Part shown: positions 32,476-40,743 of the stretch, piece by piece
Numbering within the stretch: the first letter of the stretch is position 1
How the letters are laid out: each line of letters begins with the position of its first letter
From: a virus
IMG/VR virus record: IMGVR_UViG_3300005758_000037
Span: 1-64,000 of that record
Direction: 5' to 3' (one strand)
Length of the DNA: 64,000 nt
The notes under the pieces: model-generated
What the model was told of the DNA's origin: nothing
Database searches by the model: none
The model's input: only the letters and a program-made list of their open reading frames with translations
Translations under genes and position numbers: made by a program

Positions 32476-34176
32476 TTATTGACAAGCTTCACATTCACCT
32501 TTAGCAGCTTGTACGCCAGCCTGAGTGTAGATATAGTATAACGCAAGAATATTCGGATCAGCAAATGCTTCCTGATGAACTTCAGCAATCCATGCAGGGT
32601 CTTCATCGGCAGCAAAGAATAAATTCAAAGACTGCCACTGATCAATATAACGACTACGAGCAGATGCTAAACGTAGAACAGCTTTTTGGTTGATTTCAAA
32701 GGCTGTCTTAAATACAGCTTTCTCTTCGTCGGTCAACCAATCCACATGCTGAACAGAACCTTGTTTATCTGTAATTTCTTGAATGTGTTTCTTGGTGTAG
32801 ACACCTTTTTGTTTCATTAGCTCAAGTAGTACAGGATTCAAACGATCAACTTCACCAGCAGCGGTCATCTGAGTATAACTCATTGCAGGATCAGGATTGA
32901 TACCCTCAGATACACCACCCATTAGAAGTGCAGTGGATTTTGTTGGTGCAATAGCAATCAAATGTGTATTGCGAACACCGTAACCTTTACACCATTCTGG
33001 TTCACCTAATAGTTCAGCCATTCTTACCGTAGCAAGATTTGCATGTTCCCAAATCTTAGCTTGAATTGTTTGGCTTAGACTATGCGCTTGGAATCCTTCA
33101 AATGGCAGCATCTTTTGCATGAACAAAGTATGAATACCACACAGTCCAAGACCTAACGCTCGACCTTTTTCAGTGAATCGTACAGCTTTCTCTAAGCCGG
33201 GAACATTTTTAGCACGTTCAACAAATTCACTTGCTACACAGTCTAGGAAGATCGTTGCCCAATATGCAGCATTCGTATCTTTCCATTCATCCCACTTAGC
33301 AGCATTCATAGAAGATAGAACACAAGTATATGTATGTTCGTCATCATTGAATAGCATAATCTCTGAACATAGCTGAGAGTTGTTAATAAACAAATCCTTA
33401 TCACGGTACATAATCGGGCGTTTAGCGTTAGCTTTATCCACGAAGAAGAAGTACCCCTTACCAGTGACCATCTTGATCTTCATGGCCTTCTGGAAGCGTT
33501 CTAGAGCCTCTTGATCACCAGAGTTTAGACGGTCAATGAAAGTCTGCTTAATTGTCCATCCAATATTCAAATCATCGGGTTCAGCTAGGATGTGGTCAGC
33601 AACTTCGTTGAAATCACCGTGTTCAATATTTAGATAACATGCCCATGCACCACGACGAGCAGTGCCTTGTGCAATATTACGCATTGCATTTACGTGTTCT
33701 TTGATTACTGGTAGAACACCACTGGCCTTACCACCAATGCTAATCTTTGCACCACGAGGGCGAACATTACTTAGATCGGTAGCTGTACCAAAACCATACT
33801 TTGTTAGTAGTGCAACTTCACGTAGGTTACTGTAGAAACCATCTACAGAATCATCTGCGATAGTACCAGAGCAAGATACAGGCATACCACGGGAAGTACC
33901 CATGTTAGCAAGCACAGGAGTAGAAGGAGAGAGCCATCCTTTCCAAAGTAGGTTAAAGAACTCTTCTTCAGCTTCTGGTAGCATCGGCACATGCTTTGCA
34001 GCAGTTTTTGCAATACGCTCAAATTGACCACGAACTGAACGACCTTGTGTTTCATATTCGTACTTTTCTTTAAATAACTGATATCCAGCAGTGGTATACC
34101 ATTCAGGAACTAGACCTTGATTTTGGAATTCTTTACGTTCTTCACTTAATTTTTTATAAATATTTTCAATCATCAT
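32476..34176 (-). CDS. nrdA: ribonucleotide reductase class I alpha subunit
   Basis: 566 aa. Active-site NSQLCSEI (N-x-C-x-E), a conserved RNR core, and a C-terminal CEACQ redox pair. No ATP-cone-length N-terminus. Confidence 0.9.
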   Translation of the reverse strand: MMIENIYKKLSEERKEFQNQGLVPEWYTTAGYQLFKEKYEYETQGRSVRGQFERIAKTAAKHVPMLPEAEEEFFNLLWKGWLSPSTPVLANMGTSRGMPVSCSGTIADDSVDGFYSNLREVALLTKYGFGTATDLSNVRPRGAKISIGGKASGVLPVIKEHVNAMRNIAQGTARRGAWACYLNIEHGDFNEVADHILAEPDDLNIGWTIKQTFIDRLNSGDQEALERFQKAMKIKMVTGKGYFFFVDKANAKRPIMYRDKDLFINNSQLCSEIMLFNDDEHTYTCVLSSMNAAKWDEWKDTNAAYWATIFLDCVASEFVERAKNVPGLEKAVRFTEKGRALGLGLCGIHTLFMQKMLPFEGFQAHSLSQTIQAKIWEHANLATVRMAELLGEPEWCKGYGVRNTHLIAIAPTKSTALLMGGVSEGINPDPAMSYTQMTAAGEVDRLNPVLLELMKQKGVYTKKHIQEITDKQGSVQHVDWLTDEEKAVFKTAFEINQKAVLRLASARSRYIDQWQSLNLFFAADEDPAWIAEVHQEAFADPNILALYYIYTQAGVQAAKGECEACQ

Positions 34177-34675
34177 TTTCCTTAAAATTGTTAAATACCC
34201 ATTCTGCGAACAACATCAATTCTTCAACAGATGCGTTAGTTTTCATACTATTTGCAAGCTTTGATATGACCTGAATATTACCAACAACATATCCGAGTTC
34301 TGGAATTATTTTATCTAAGCTTGGTGAATTATTTAGAGCAATTCCATCGTTTACCTCTAACTTTATTTTTAAAATTGGACAGTATTCAGGAATATCAAAA
34401 TCATCAACTGTAATAGAAAATGGTAAATCGTTTTTCTTGGCCCTGTGTTTTGCGGTAGCTAACATATTTGCTTTTGGGTTATTTTTTCTTTTTATTTTGT
34501 TAGTACTTATTACTCTGTCTCTATTTTTAAGATACCATTCATATTTGCTCTTGTTGTTTTGTTTGTGTTTTTGGTGACAAGTTTTACAAGCGGAATATGG
34601 TTTATTGGTATCTTTTCTTAAATAAAACTCAGATATTAATTTTAACTCTCCACATTTTGAGCAGTATTTTTCCAT
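34166..34675 (-). CDS. homing-endonuclease-like protein, family B (HNH/EndoVII-superfamily-like)
   Basis: N-terminal CSKC...CKTC zinc ribbon and basic linker. C-terminal YCPILKIKL...NSPSLDKIIPELGYVVGNIQVISKLANSMKTNAS module shared with 37620..38180 and 40094..40534. Overlaps both the nrdB stop and the nrdA start. Confidence 0.75.
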   Translation of the reverse strand: MEKYCSKCGELKLISEFYLRKDTNKPYSACKTCHQKHKQNNKSKYEWYLKNRDRVISTNKIKRKNNPKANMLATAKHRAKKNDLPFSITVDDFDIPEYCPILKIKLEVNDGIALNNSPSLDKIIPELGYVVGNIQVISKLANSMKTNASVEELMLFAEWVFNNFKENDD

Positions 34676-35637
34676 ACAAAATCTGTTTCACTCCAATTTC
34701 TATGATACTGGTTACCCATACCACTGAAGAAGTCGTTAAAAGTATAGTCATTGATACCTTTATAGAACCATTCAGCAATGGGGTTGTACTTCACATCGTA
34801 TTCTTTTGTAAACCCTAACTGTTTCAAGCATTCGTTAATGCGAGACTGTACAAAGTTTTCTAACTGATGTGCAGTGATACCTTCAATCTTACCCTTCTCA
34901 AATAACATCGCAATGATCTGACATTCGTGTTCATAAATCTTACGTGCTACTTGACGAATCTTTTCTTCAATATTCTTTTTATATAAATCAAAGTCAGTCG
35001 TTGTACCCTTCATCTTTTCGAGCGCATATCTAAATGCCCATGCACCAGCAACAGAGTGTAAGTTTTCATCACGAACACTGAAGTTGATACCACGTACAAC
35101 ATTCATTAGTTTGTTCTTACCTTGTGACTGATAGTGCTTCAAGAAAGCAAACGAACTGTATAGAATCGCACCTTCAACCATTGAGAATGCTGCTAATGAA
35201 ACAAGGTCATCGGGATCATCAATAATTTCACCAATGTGTTTTACTCGCTCTTTTAGAACTTCACTGTCTAGATATGACATGTAGAACTCTGGTGTGTCAA
35301 TATGCAACAACTGGTTGATCTTGTTATAGAACGGAGCATGTACAGCAAGTTCAAACATGGCGAATACACTAGCCATGCGATGGAATTCTGCACCATCGAA
35401 CATTTGCTTAAACCGACCACCCCAATATTCATCACCCGCATGAGTTTCATAGATGCTGAAAAGCTTTAGAGTTGTAATAACTGCATGCTTCTCAGCTTCC
35501 GTAAAATTCACTAGTACATCTTGCACATCTTTCTCTACCTTAATTTCATCAGGTAACCAGAAAATCTTCAGTTGTTTATCTGCAAACTCAACTGGTTCAT
35601 TCGTTTCATTAATTGGTAGTAGATGTTTTTGTAGCAT
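34642..35637 (-). CDS. nrdB: ribonucleotide reductase class I beta subunit
   Basis: 331 aa. Di-iron/radical-site motifs (..TEAEKHAV.., SMVEGAILYSSFAFL, VRDENLHS). Confidence 0.9.
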   Translation of the reverse strand: MLQKHLLPINETNEPVEFADKQLKIFWLPDEIKVEKDVQDVLVNFTEAEKHAVITTLKLFSIYETHAGDEYWGGRFKQMFDGAEFHRMASVFAMFELAVHAPFYNKINQLLHIDTPEFYMSYLDSEVLKERVKHIGEIIDDPDDLVSLAAFSMVEGAILYSSFAFLKHYQSQGKNKLMNVVRGINFSVRDENLHSVAGAWAFRYALEKMKGTTTDFDLYKKNIEEKIRQVARKIYEHECQIIAMLFEKGKIEGITAHQLENFVQSRINECLKQLGFTKEYDVKYNPIAEWFYKGINDYTFNDFFSGMGNQYHRNWSETDFVWKNTAQNVES

Positions 35638-36056
35638 TAAATTTCCTCTTTTACTTCTGTATATTTATCTCTTGCTTCCAATAACGCTTGGGCATCTTCT
35701 GTTAGATACTTACTACGATATAGGTCTTCAAGAATTTTACTACCGCTTGCTTTATCAATTGCTTCTTTGCTGGCATAACCGGTGCTGATCCAATCCGAAT
35801 CAATACGCTCTTCACCAACCCATCGACTACATACTACGACTTCATTGAATCTATTACGATGCTGTAAACCATCTTGTCTCTGATATGGTTTATGCGTGTC
35901 CATACCTAGACTAAATAGAAACTTCTTAAAGTTTTCATCGTCACTTTCAAATTCAGCAGAGTAATTTGGCATTACTTTTACAATTTCTGATTCTGAAATA
36001 ATACACAAGGCAACAATTGCACTTGGACGAATATATTTTTTAGGTTTTAGGGCCAT
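35637..36056 (-). CDS. hypothetical protein
   Basis: 139-aa ORF with an AAGGA RBS, ATG/stop-coupled to nrdB, downstream of the promoter at 36090-36118. Confidence 0.65.
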   Translation of the reverse strand: MALKPKKYIRPSAIVALCIISESEIVKVMPNYSAEFESDDENFKKFLFSLGMDTHKPYQRQDGLQHRNRFNEVVVCSRWVGEERIDSDWISTGYASKEAIDKASGSKILEDLYRSKYLTEDAQALLEARDKYTEVKEEI

Positions 36057-36089
36057 TACTACAATCCTTAAAAAGAAGCGGAACTTACG

Positions 36090-36118
36090 AGTATATCACA
36101 ACATTCATGATATTTCAA
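36090..36118 (-). promoter_or_regulatory. sigma70-type promoter with extended -10 (minus strand)
   Basis: Reverse complement reads TTGAAA (36118-36113), 17-nt spacer, TGa-TATACT (..36090). Confidence 0.55.
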
Positions 36119-36124
36119 GGTTGA

Positions 36125-36277
36125 TTAAAGCATTTCAATATGCTTATTTTCACCGTTGAATAAAGTTCCACTGTATTTGAAATCTAGAATAAATTTGATA
36201 ACGGCAACTGCCATGCTACCGAAAATAACCACCATGATTGCCATTAAAACTAATGGTAACAAAATTGTTTGCATCAT
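36125..36277 (-). CDS. small membrane protein (50 aa, below ORF-track cutoff)
   Basis: The ATG overlaps the stop of 36274..36855 (ATGA). MMQTILLPLVLMAIMVVIFGSMAVAVIKFIL... is a single TM helix. Confidence 0.5.
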   Translation of the reverse strand: MMQTILLPLVLMAIMVVIFGSMAVAVIKFILDFKYSGTLFNGENKHIEML

Positions 36278-36855
36278 TTTTCCTTCAAATCGGGATTGAG
36301 CATAAATTCTAGCAGAAACATTGCATTAACGGCTACAGCAGCTAAATGCGGCATGTCTGGTACGGAGCTATCAGGATCATAGATTTCACCCTTTCTATGG
36401 GCTTCTAAGTGCCTATAAAGGGCATCTAGATAACGCTGTTCTGCATTCGGTACTTTCTTCCAGTTGTCTCGTTCTTTGTACTTCTTTAGACCGATTGTAA
36501 GGTTACGAGCAACTTCAGCAAGAGCATGTGGAGGAATCAGTGTGTACTGAAGCTTATCCTGATCATACTTTGTACCGGGAATTTGTTGATCCAAATTTAT
36601 ACCGTTTAGTATCTTTAGATTGAAATCTTGGATTTCTTGCGTGATTGATTTGTGTAGCATTTCGATTGGTTTCCAAATTTTGTTATTGCTAATACAATAA
36701 GAATTTGTTACATCACAAGCTTCGTGGCATTTTGAATAGTCACCATTGCTTAAAGTTAAATTAAACATGCAGCCATCACAACCTTCATATTCATCTACAG
36801 GATAATATTGTTTACCCTGAACAGTAAGATTAGTTATTACTTTTGTTTCTGTCAT
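36274..36855 (-). CDS. Cys-rich N-domain + phage NTP diphosphohydrolase-like domain (MazZ/DUF5664-type, tentative)
   Basis: The C-terminal KYDQDKLQYTLIPPHALAEVARNLTIGLKKYKERDNWKKV...YLDALYRHLEAHRKGEIYDPDS..PHLAAVAVNAMFLLEF matches, by eye, the K.D..K..L.P..AL...A.vl..G..KY...NW......Y..A..RHL pattern of phage dATP/dGTP diphosphohydrolase-type domains. Confidence 0.55.
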   Translation of the reverse strand: MTETKVITNLTVQGKQYYPVDEYEGCDGCMFNLTLSNGDYSKCHEACDVTNSYCISNNKIWKPIEMLHKSITQEIQDFNLKILNGINLDQQIPGTKYDQDKLQYTLIPPHALAEVARNLTIGLKKYKERDNWKKVPNAEQRYLDALYRHLEAHRKGEIYDPDSSVPDMPHLAAVAVNAMFLLEFMLNPDLKEK

Positions 36856-37397
36856 TTAATTTCATCCAAATTAATTAATACAAGATTATAACCAAAAGGT
36901 TTCCAATCTGGAAAAACTGTTTGCAGATTCTCTGGAATACAATCTTTCAGATCGTTGCTGACAAAATCACTTGGCTTACGAACTTTATCATTTGCATCTT
37001 TGATGACGTAAACATCATATTTGGATTTGAACTCTGCTACTACATCAATTCCTTGACGTTCGTACATTTCAACAGTTTCAATCGCTACAGCTTCTGTAGT
37101 TGGAAACTTACTTAGATTGTTTACTGCTGTTTTATACAGTGCTTTGTTAACGTTCATTCCTAGATTCTCTAGTTTCTGTAATAGACCAATTGCAGTAACC
37201 ATTACATCTACTGTACCATCCAGAACTTCTTCAGGGTTGTTTGTTGCTAGACCATCACAGGTTTCCTTTAGTTCTTCAACAATCAATTTAAACTGTTCTG
37301 TTAGGTCTTTATGAGATACAAGAGTATCTTTACCTGCTAGTTTATTAAACAAATAGCAGTCAGATTGAAAATCTTGCATGTCGTATTCTAGTTCCAT
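36852..37397 (-). CDS. MazG-like all-alpha NTP pyrophosphohydrolase (tentative)
   Basis: 181 aa with acidic helix pairs (IVEELKETCDG...EEVLDGTVDVMVTAIG) and ..NNLSKF.., typical of the MazG/HisE-type fold. ATGA-coupled to the downstream gene. Confidence 0.5.
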   Translation of the reverse strand: MELEYDMQDFQSDCYLFNKLAGKDTLVSHKDLTEQFKLIVEELKETCDGLATNNPEEVLDGTVDVMVTAIGLLQKLENLGMNVNKALYKTAVNNLSKFPTTEAVAIETVEMYERQGIDVVAEFKSKYDVYVIKDANDKVRKPSDFVSNDLKDCIPENLQTVFPDWKPFGYNLVLINLDEIK

Positions 37398-37422
37398 TAT
37401 TGTCCTTTCTTTGCAGATTTAA

Positions 37423-37566
37423 TTAGATCAAAAGCATATTCTGCATCATCCATTGCTTCACGGATGTAAGCAAACAGAAAAGCGGCAATGATACAACTAG
37501 GATTGTATACAGAACAACTTTCAGATTATGATCAACGAACCATTGTACCCAAGGTCTTACCATCAT
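37423..37566 (-). CDS. possible 47-aa membrane peptide
   Basis: AAGGAG RBS + ATGATG immediately after the terminator. Hydrophobic core VVLYTILVVSLPLFCLL. Short, so weakly supported. Confidence 0.3.
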   Translation of the reverse strand: MMVRPWVQWFVDHNLKVVLYTILVVSLPLFCLLTSVKQWMMQNMLLI

Positions 37567-37583
37567 TTTCTCCTTTACTTAAC

Positions 37584-37610
37584 AAAAAATCCCTACGACT
37601 GAGCGTAGGG
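37584..37610 (-). terminator. intrinsic terminator after homing-endonuclease gene (minus strand)
   Basis: Reverse complement reads CCCTACG-ctcagt-CGTAGGG followed by ATTTTTTGTT. Confidence 0.75.
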
Positions 37611-37619
37611 AGAATTATA

Positions 37620-38180
37620 TCAGATTTTATTGTATGTTTGCAATACCCATTCAGCAAATTTTAATAAATCTTCTGGCGTAGCATTACTTTTCATTGCATT
37701 TGCAAGTTGACTAATAATTTGAATATTGTCTTTAGTGTAACCTTTGTTTGGATCAATCCTATCGACGGAAGGGGAATTTTTTGTCACAGCACCATTTCCT
37801 TTTATTAAGGGAATACCTAGTATTGGACAAAAATCGGGGATAATAATATCTTCTTCTGTAAGATCGAATTCCAAAGAGTTTTTATTTGCCCTCTTTTTAC
37901 AACGAGCTACAATATAATGTTCATATTCTTTTTCGCATCTATCTCTGTAATATTTTGAACGATATTGCTTTTTCTTTTTTAAGACTTCTGGGTCATTTTT
38001 TGTTTTTTCATAGTATTGCCTAGATTTCTCAATTATTAATTCTTTATTTTCTGAATATCGTTGTAAATCATAATCTTTTCTACAAGATTTACATTCACTA
38101 CGATATCCTGTTTTTGAATTGGCTTTTCTATGAAAATTAGAAAAATCTAAAGTTTTATTACATTTTATACAAGTTAACAT
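37620..38180 (-). CDS. homing-endonuclease-like protein, family B
   Basis: ATG at 38180 four nt after AGGAGG. CIKC...CKSC zinc ribbon and basic linker. FCPILGIPLIKGNG...NSPSVDRIDPNKGYTKDNIQIISQLANAMKSNAT module. Confidence 0.8.
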   Translation of the reverse strand: MLTCIKCNKTLDFSNFHRKANSKTGYRSECKSCRKDYDLQRYSENKELIIEKSRQYYEKTKNDPEVLKKKKQYRSKYYRDRCEKEYEHYIVARCKKRANKNSLEFDLTEEDIIIPDFCPILGIPLIKGNGAVTKNSPSVDRIDPNKGYTKDNIQIISQLANAMKSNATPEDLLKFAEWVLQTYNKI

Positions 38181-38199
38181 ATGGCCTCCTAATGAATTT

Positions 38200-38228
38200 A
38201 TTATATCATAATTTGGCCGAAAAATCAA
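38200..38228 (-). promoter_or_regulatory. sigma70-type promoter with extended -10 (minus strand)
   Basis: Reverse complement reads TTGATT (38228-38223), 17-nt spacer, TGa-TATAAT (..38200). Confidence 0.6.
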
Positions 38229-38229
38229 G

Positions 38230-39219
38230 TTAAATAATTAAACTTTCCAACTTTTCTTTAGATGTAGTTGATTTTCTTGTCCTGTGAACAGAACCACAAC
38301 AACCACATCTTACTTCTTCAAATGTGCTAACAGATGTTGTAATTTTACGACCCGTTTTTACTAGATCAATACTACCACACGTTCTGCACCTTTTTTCTTC
38401 ATCATCAAAATATAATGCCGCATTAAAATCAGACCCTGCTTTACCAGCTTGACGAATTTTAACATATACATCGTAGAGTAATTCAACATCTTGCATGCAA
38501 TATAATTGCATCTTTTTCATTGCATCTTCATCACCAGACTGGACTTCTTTCCACAAATTAATTCCACCAGTAGATAGCTTACGACCAAGATTAAAATATT
38601 CTCCAATGGAATCAAGTTTATTGCTTGGAAGCTTTAGATTTTTTTTGGCTAATGCAAGGGTGTCGAGAATCTTTACAGATGGTAATGCTGGAAAACCATG
38701 ATATAATGCTCTTGTTTGTACCACTTTATGATCAAAACCAAGCGAATTATGAGCAAGAATCGCATCTGCTTGTTCATACAATTCAAACAATTCTGCTACT
38801 ATTCTTCCATCGTCTTGTTGTTTAATTTCATTTGGTGTAAGTGCTAGTGAAAAAGTTGTTGGTGAACCAAACCAACGCCAAGATGCACACAGAATCCAAC
38901 CCCCTTCAGTGACTATATTGTCTTGTGAAAGATTAATGTTGTATCTACCAAATGTCATTACAGTTGATGCTGCTGTTTCTAAATCAAGTACCAGAATTCG
39001 TGGACCTTTCTTTTTGAAAGCTACATTTTCTGGATTGTATTCTGGTGTTGGAACTTCTGCATCCCATTCCCAATCAATGAGTTCTGCATTAGTAGTTCTA
39101 TTGTAGATATCGTTTACGGTTGATTTACCAATACCTAAAATTGCACCAATTGCACGACTAGACAGACCTTCAGCTTTTAATGCAATTACTTTATCGATTG
39201 TTTCTTGTGAATGTTTCAT
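38230..39219 (-). CDS. HTH + DnaQ-like 3'-5' exonuclease + zinc-ribbon protein
   Basis: N-terminal HTH (LSSRAIGAILGIGKSTVNDIY). Exo motifs ILVLDLETA, LAHNSLGFDHKV, YCMQDVELLY. C-terminal CRTCGS...CGCCGS. Confidence 0.7.
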   Translation of the reverse strand: MKHSQETIDKVIALKAEGLSSRAIGAILGIGKSTVNDIYNRTTNAELIDWEWDAEVPTPEYNPENVAFKKKGPRILVLDLETAASTVMTFGRYNINLSQDNIVTEGGWILCASWRWFGSPTTFSLALTPNEIKQQDDGRIVAELFELYEQADAILAHNSLGFDHKVVQTRALYHGFPALPSVKILDTLALAKKNLKLPSNKLDSIGEYFNLGRKLSTGGINLWKEVQSGDEDAMKKMQLYCMQDVELLYDVYVKIRQAGKAGSDFNAALYFDDEEKRCRTCGSIDLVKTGRKITTSVSTFEEVRCGCCGSVHRTRKSTTSKEKLESLII

Positions 39220-39228
39220 TCTATTCCT

Positions 39229-39426
39229 TTAACATGTAATTCTATTTGGATTAATTTCATCGAAACTTCTTTGTCCCGGTGCAAAATAGAATGGGTTATT
39301 TACGTTATTGACTTTATTTAAAGCTACACCTAATGCAGAATATAATGATTCAGCTTCGGTTTTCGTCATTGAAATCGTTGTTCCATCTTCAAGGGTGACT
39401 ACAATGTTATTTTCAACTTTTATCAT
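39229..39426 (-). CDS. hypothetical protein (65 aa)
   Basis: ATG at 39426 overlaps the upstream stop (ATGA). The ORF track shows a longer 79-aa version. Confidence 0.5.
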   Translation of the reverse strand: MIKVENNIVVTLEDGTTISMTKTEAESLYSALGVALNKVNNVNNPFYFAPGQRSFDEINPNRITC

Positions 39427-39605
39427 ACATTGCCCTCTACAATTGTAGTATCTTCTTTGTACACCCAATTTAGTGCATTAAATACACCGTCACGCTCTCT
39501 TGTCCAATATGCTTTATCATCAATAAAACGCACTTCAAATTCTTCACCAACATGTTTGTTGTACCAAAGCAACGGATTACTGCATTTCAAAATTTTAATC
39601 TTCAT
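39423..39605 (-). CDS. hypothetical protein (60 aa)
   Basis: Tightly packed ORF overlapping the end of 39595..40101. Confidence 0.5.
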   Translation of the reverse strand: MKIKILKCSNPLLWYNKHVGEEFEVRFIDDKAYWTRERDGVFNALNWVYKEDTTIVEGNV

Positions 39606-40101
39606 TAGTTATTTCTCCTATGAATGTCCGAATTGTATCATAGTCGTAGTTCTTTGTCAAGATACCCTTTTGAAACAATCGTTTGCGTTCTGCATCGTTT
39701 TTACCTTTTTCTAAACCCATACGTTCTAATACTCTATCTTTTTGTGAACTCTTAAGTTTATTAAAAGCAGTGTTAATCTTTTTAATCCACATATCGTGTC
39801 GCCATCTAGTATCTGGTTCTCTTTCGAGATAATTAGCACACTGTCTCAAAAAATCACTGAGAGTTCCTTTATACCACCATTTCATGTACCTAATCCACAT
39901 TTTTTCAATAACTCCAAGCGCACTATTAGCTTGCCTACTCGTTACACCACGAATATACATTTGATCATCATGTGCATGTTCAAGAATGTGTTGTTTTGGT
40001 TCAATGGGGAGATTTGTTATGGCGCACAGATTATTTTGTTCTTTGGTGAGAAATTCTCTAACTTCTTTTTTATCAGAGGTTGTGTATAAGTCTCTAGTCA
40101 A
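39595..40101 (-). CDS. endonuclease VII-like protein (degenerate Zn ligands), tentative resolvase
   Basis: LCAITNLPIEPKQHILEHAHDDQMYIRGVTSRQANSALG parallels the C..C...DHDH.TG..RG..C..CN..LG core of T4 endo VII-type nucleases, but several cysteines are replaced. Confidence 0.45.
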   Translation of the reverse strand: MTRDLYTTSDKKEVREFLTKEQNNLCAITNLPIEPKQHILEHAHDDQMYIRGVTSRQANSALGVIEKMWIRYMKWWYKGTLSDFLRQCANYLEREPDTRWRHDMWIKKINTAFNKLKSSQKDRVLERMGLEKGKNDAERKRLFQKGILTKNYDYDTIRTFIGEITNED

Positions 40102-40534
40102 GATAATTCTCCAATACCCATATTGAAAACAAAATCATTTCATCTTTTGTAGCATTAGATTTCATTGTGTTTGCTTTAAAACTTATTACTTGAATATTCT
40201 CTTTTATGTATCCTAATTCTGGAATTATTCTATCCAAACTCGGTGAATTGGCTGTTGGTCTACCAGAACCTTTAAATAAAGGAATTCCCAATATTTTACA
40301 ATATTTAGGTATCACAACATCTGAAATTTCTATATCAAATGGTAAATTAAATTTCAAAGCTCTATCTTTAGCACTTTGCCATAAAATTCTTTCTGGATTT
40401 GATTTTTTATTGTCTAAATTAATTTTATTCAGTTTTTCTTTATTTAATAAATAATAATTTCTAGCATATTCTTTTGCCTTTTCTTTATACTTTTCTCTAT
40501 AAATCTTTTGATAGTCTTTTTGATTAAAACTCAT
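40094..40534 (-). CDS. homing-endonuclease-like protein, family B (lacks N-terminal zinc ribbon)
   Basis: YCKILGIPLFKGSGRPTANSPSLDRIIPELGYIKENIQVISFKANTMKSNAT module and an N-terminal K/E/Y-rich basic region. Confidence 0.75.
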   Translation of the reverse strand: MSFNQKDYQKIYREKYKEKAKEYARNYYLLNKEKLNKINLDNKKSNPERILWQSAKDRALKFNLPFDIEISDVVIPKYCKILGIPLFKGSGRPTANSPSLDRIIPELGYIKENIQVISFKANTMKSNATKDEMILFSIWVLENYLD

Positions 40535-40743
40535 CAGAAACCACCCAATCTATGTTCTAGTCTAGCTACAGTCAACTCATAGTTATAAATGGCTTCCTGC
40601 AATTCTTCAATTTCATTGGCAGCTTCATCAAGTAAATCAGCAATACGATCAGGTTTACCTTCTTGCACAGACTTACGGTGTGGAATGTTTCTTCGAATTT
40701 CTGCACGTTTACGTAGTCTATAAATCAACGATTCTTCTTTCAT
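40534..40743 (-). CDS. hypothetical protein (69 aa)
   Basis: ATG at 40743 overlaps the upstream stop (ATGA). LIYRLRKRAEIRRNIPHRKSVQEGKPDRIADLLDEAANEIEEL is a motif recurring in small phage proteins. Confidence 0.55.
   Translation of the reverse strand: MKEESLIYRLRKRAEIRRNIPHRKSVQEGKPDRIADLLDEAANEIEELQEAIYNYELTVARLEHRLGGF

Larger units (their letters stand above)
37584..38228 (-). mobile_element. self-contained promoter-HNH-terminator cassette (candidate free-standing homing element)
   Basis: Consensus promoter 38228-38200, AGGAGG RBS, family-B nuclease ORF, terminator 37610-37584. Confidence 0.4.

Noticed and set aside
36274-36855. Evidence for a 2-aminoadenine (Z) genome based on the MazZ-type domain
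   Set aside because: No PurZ (adenylosuccinate-synthetase-like) or DatZ gene is present in this window. The domain family is widespread in phages with canonical DNA. It is kept only as a nucleotide-pool observation.
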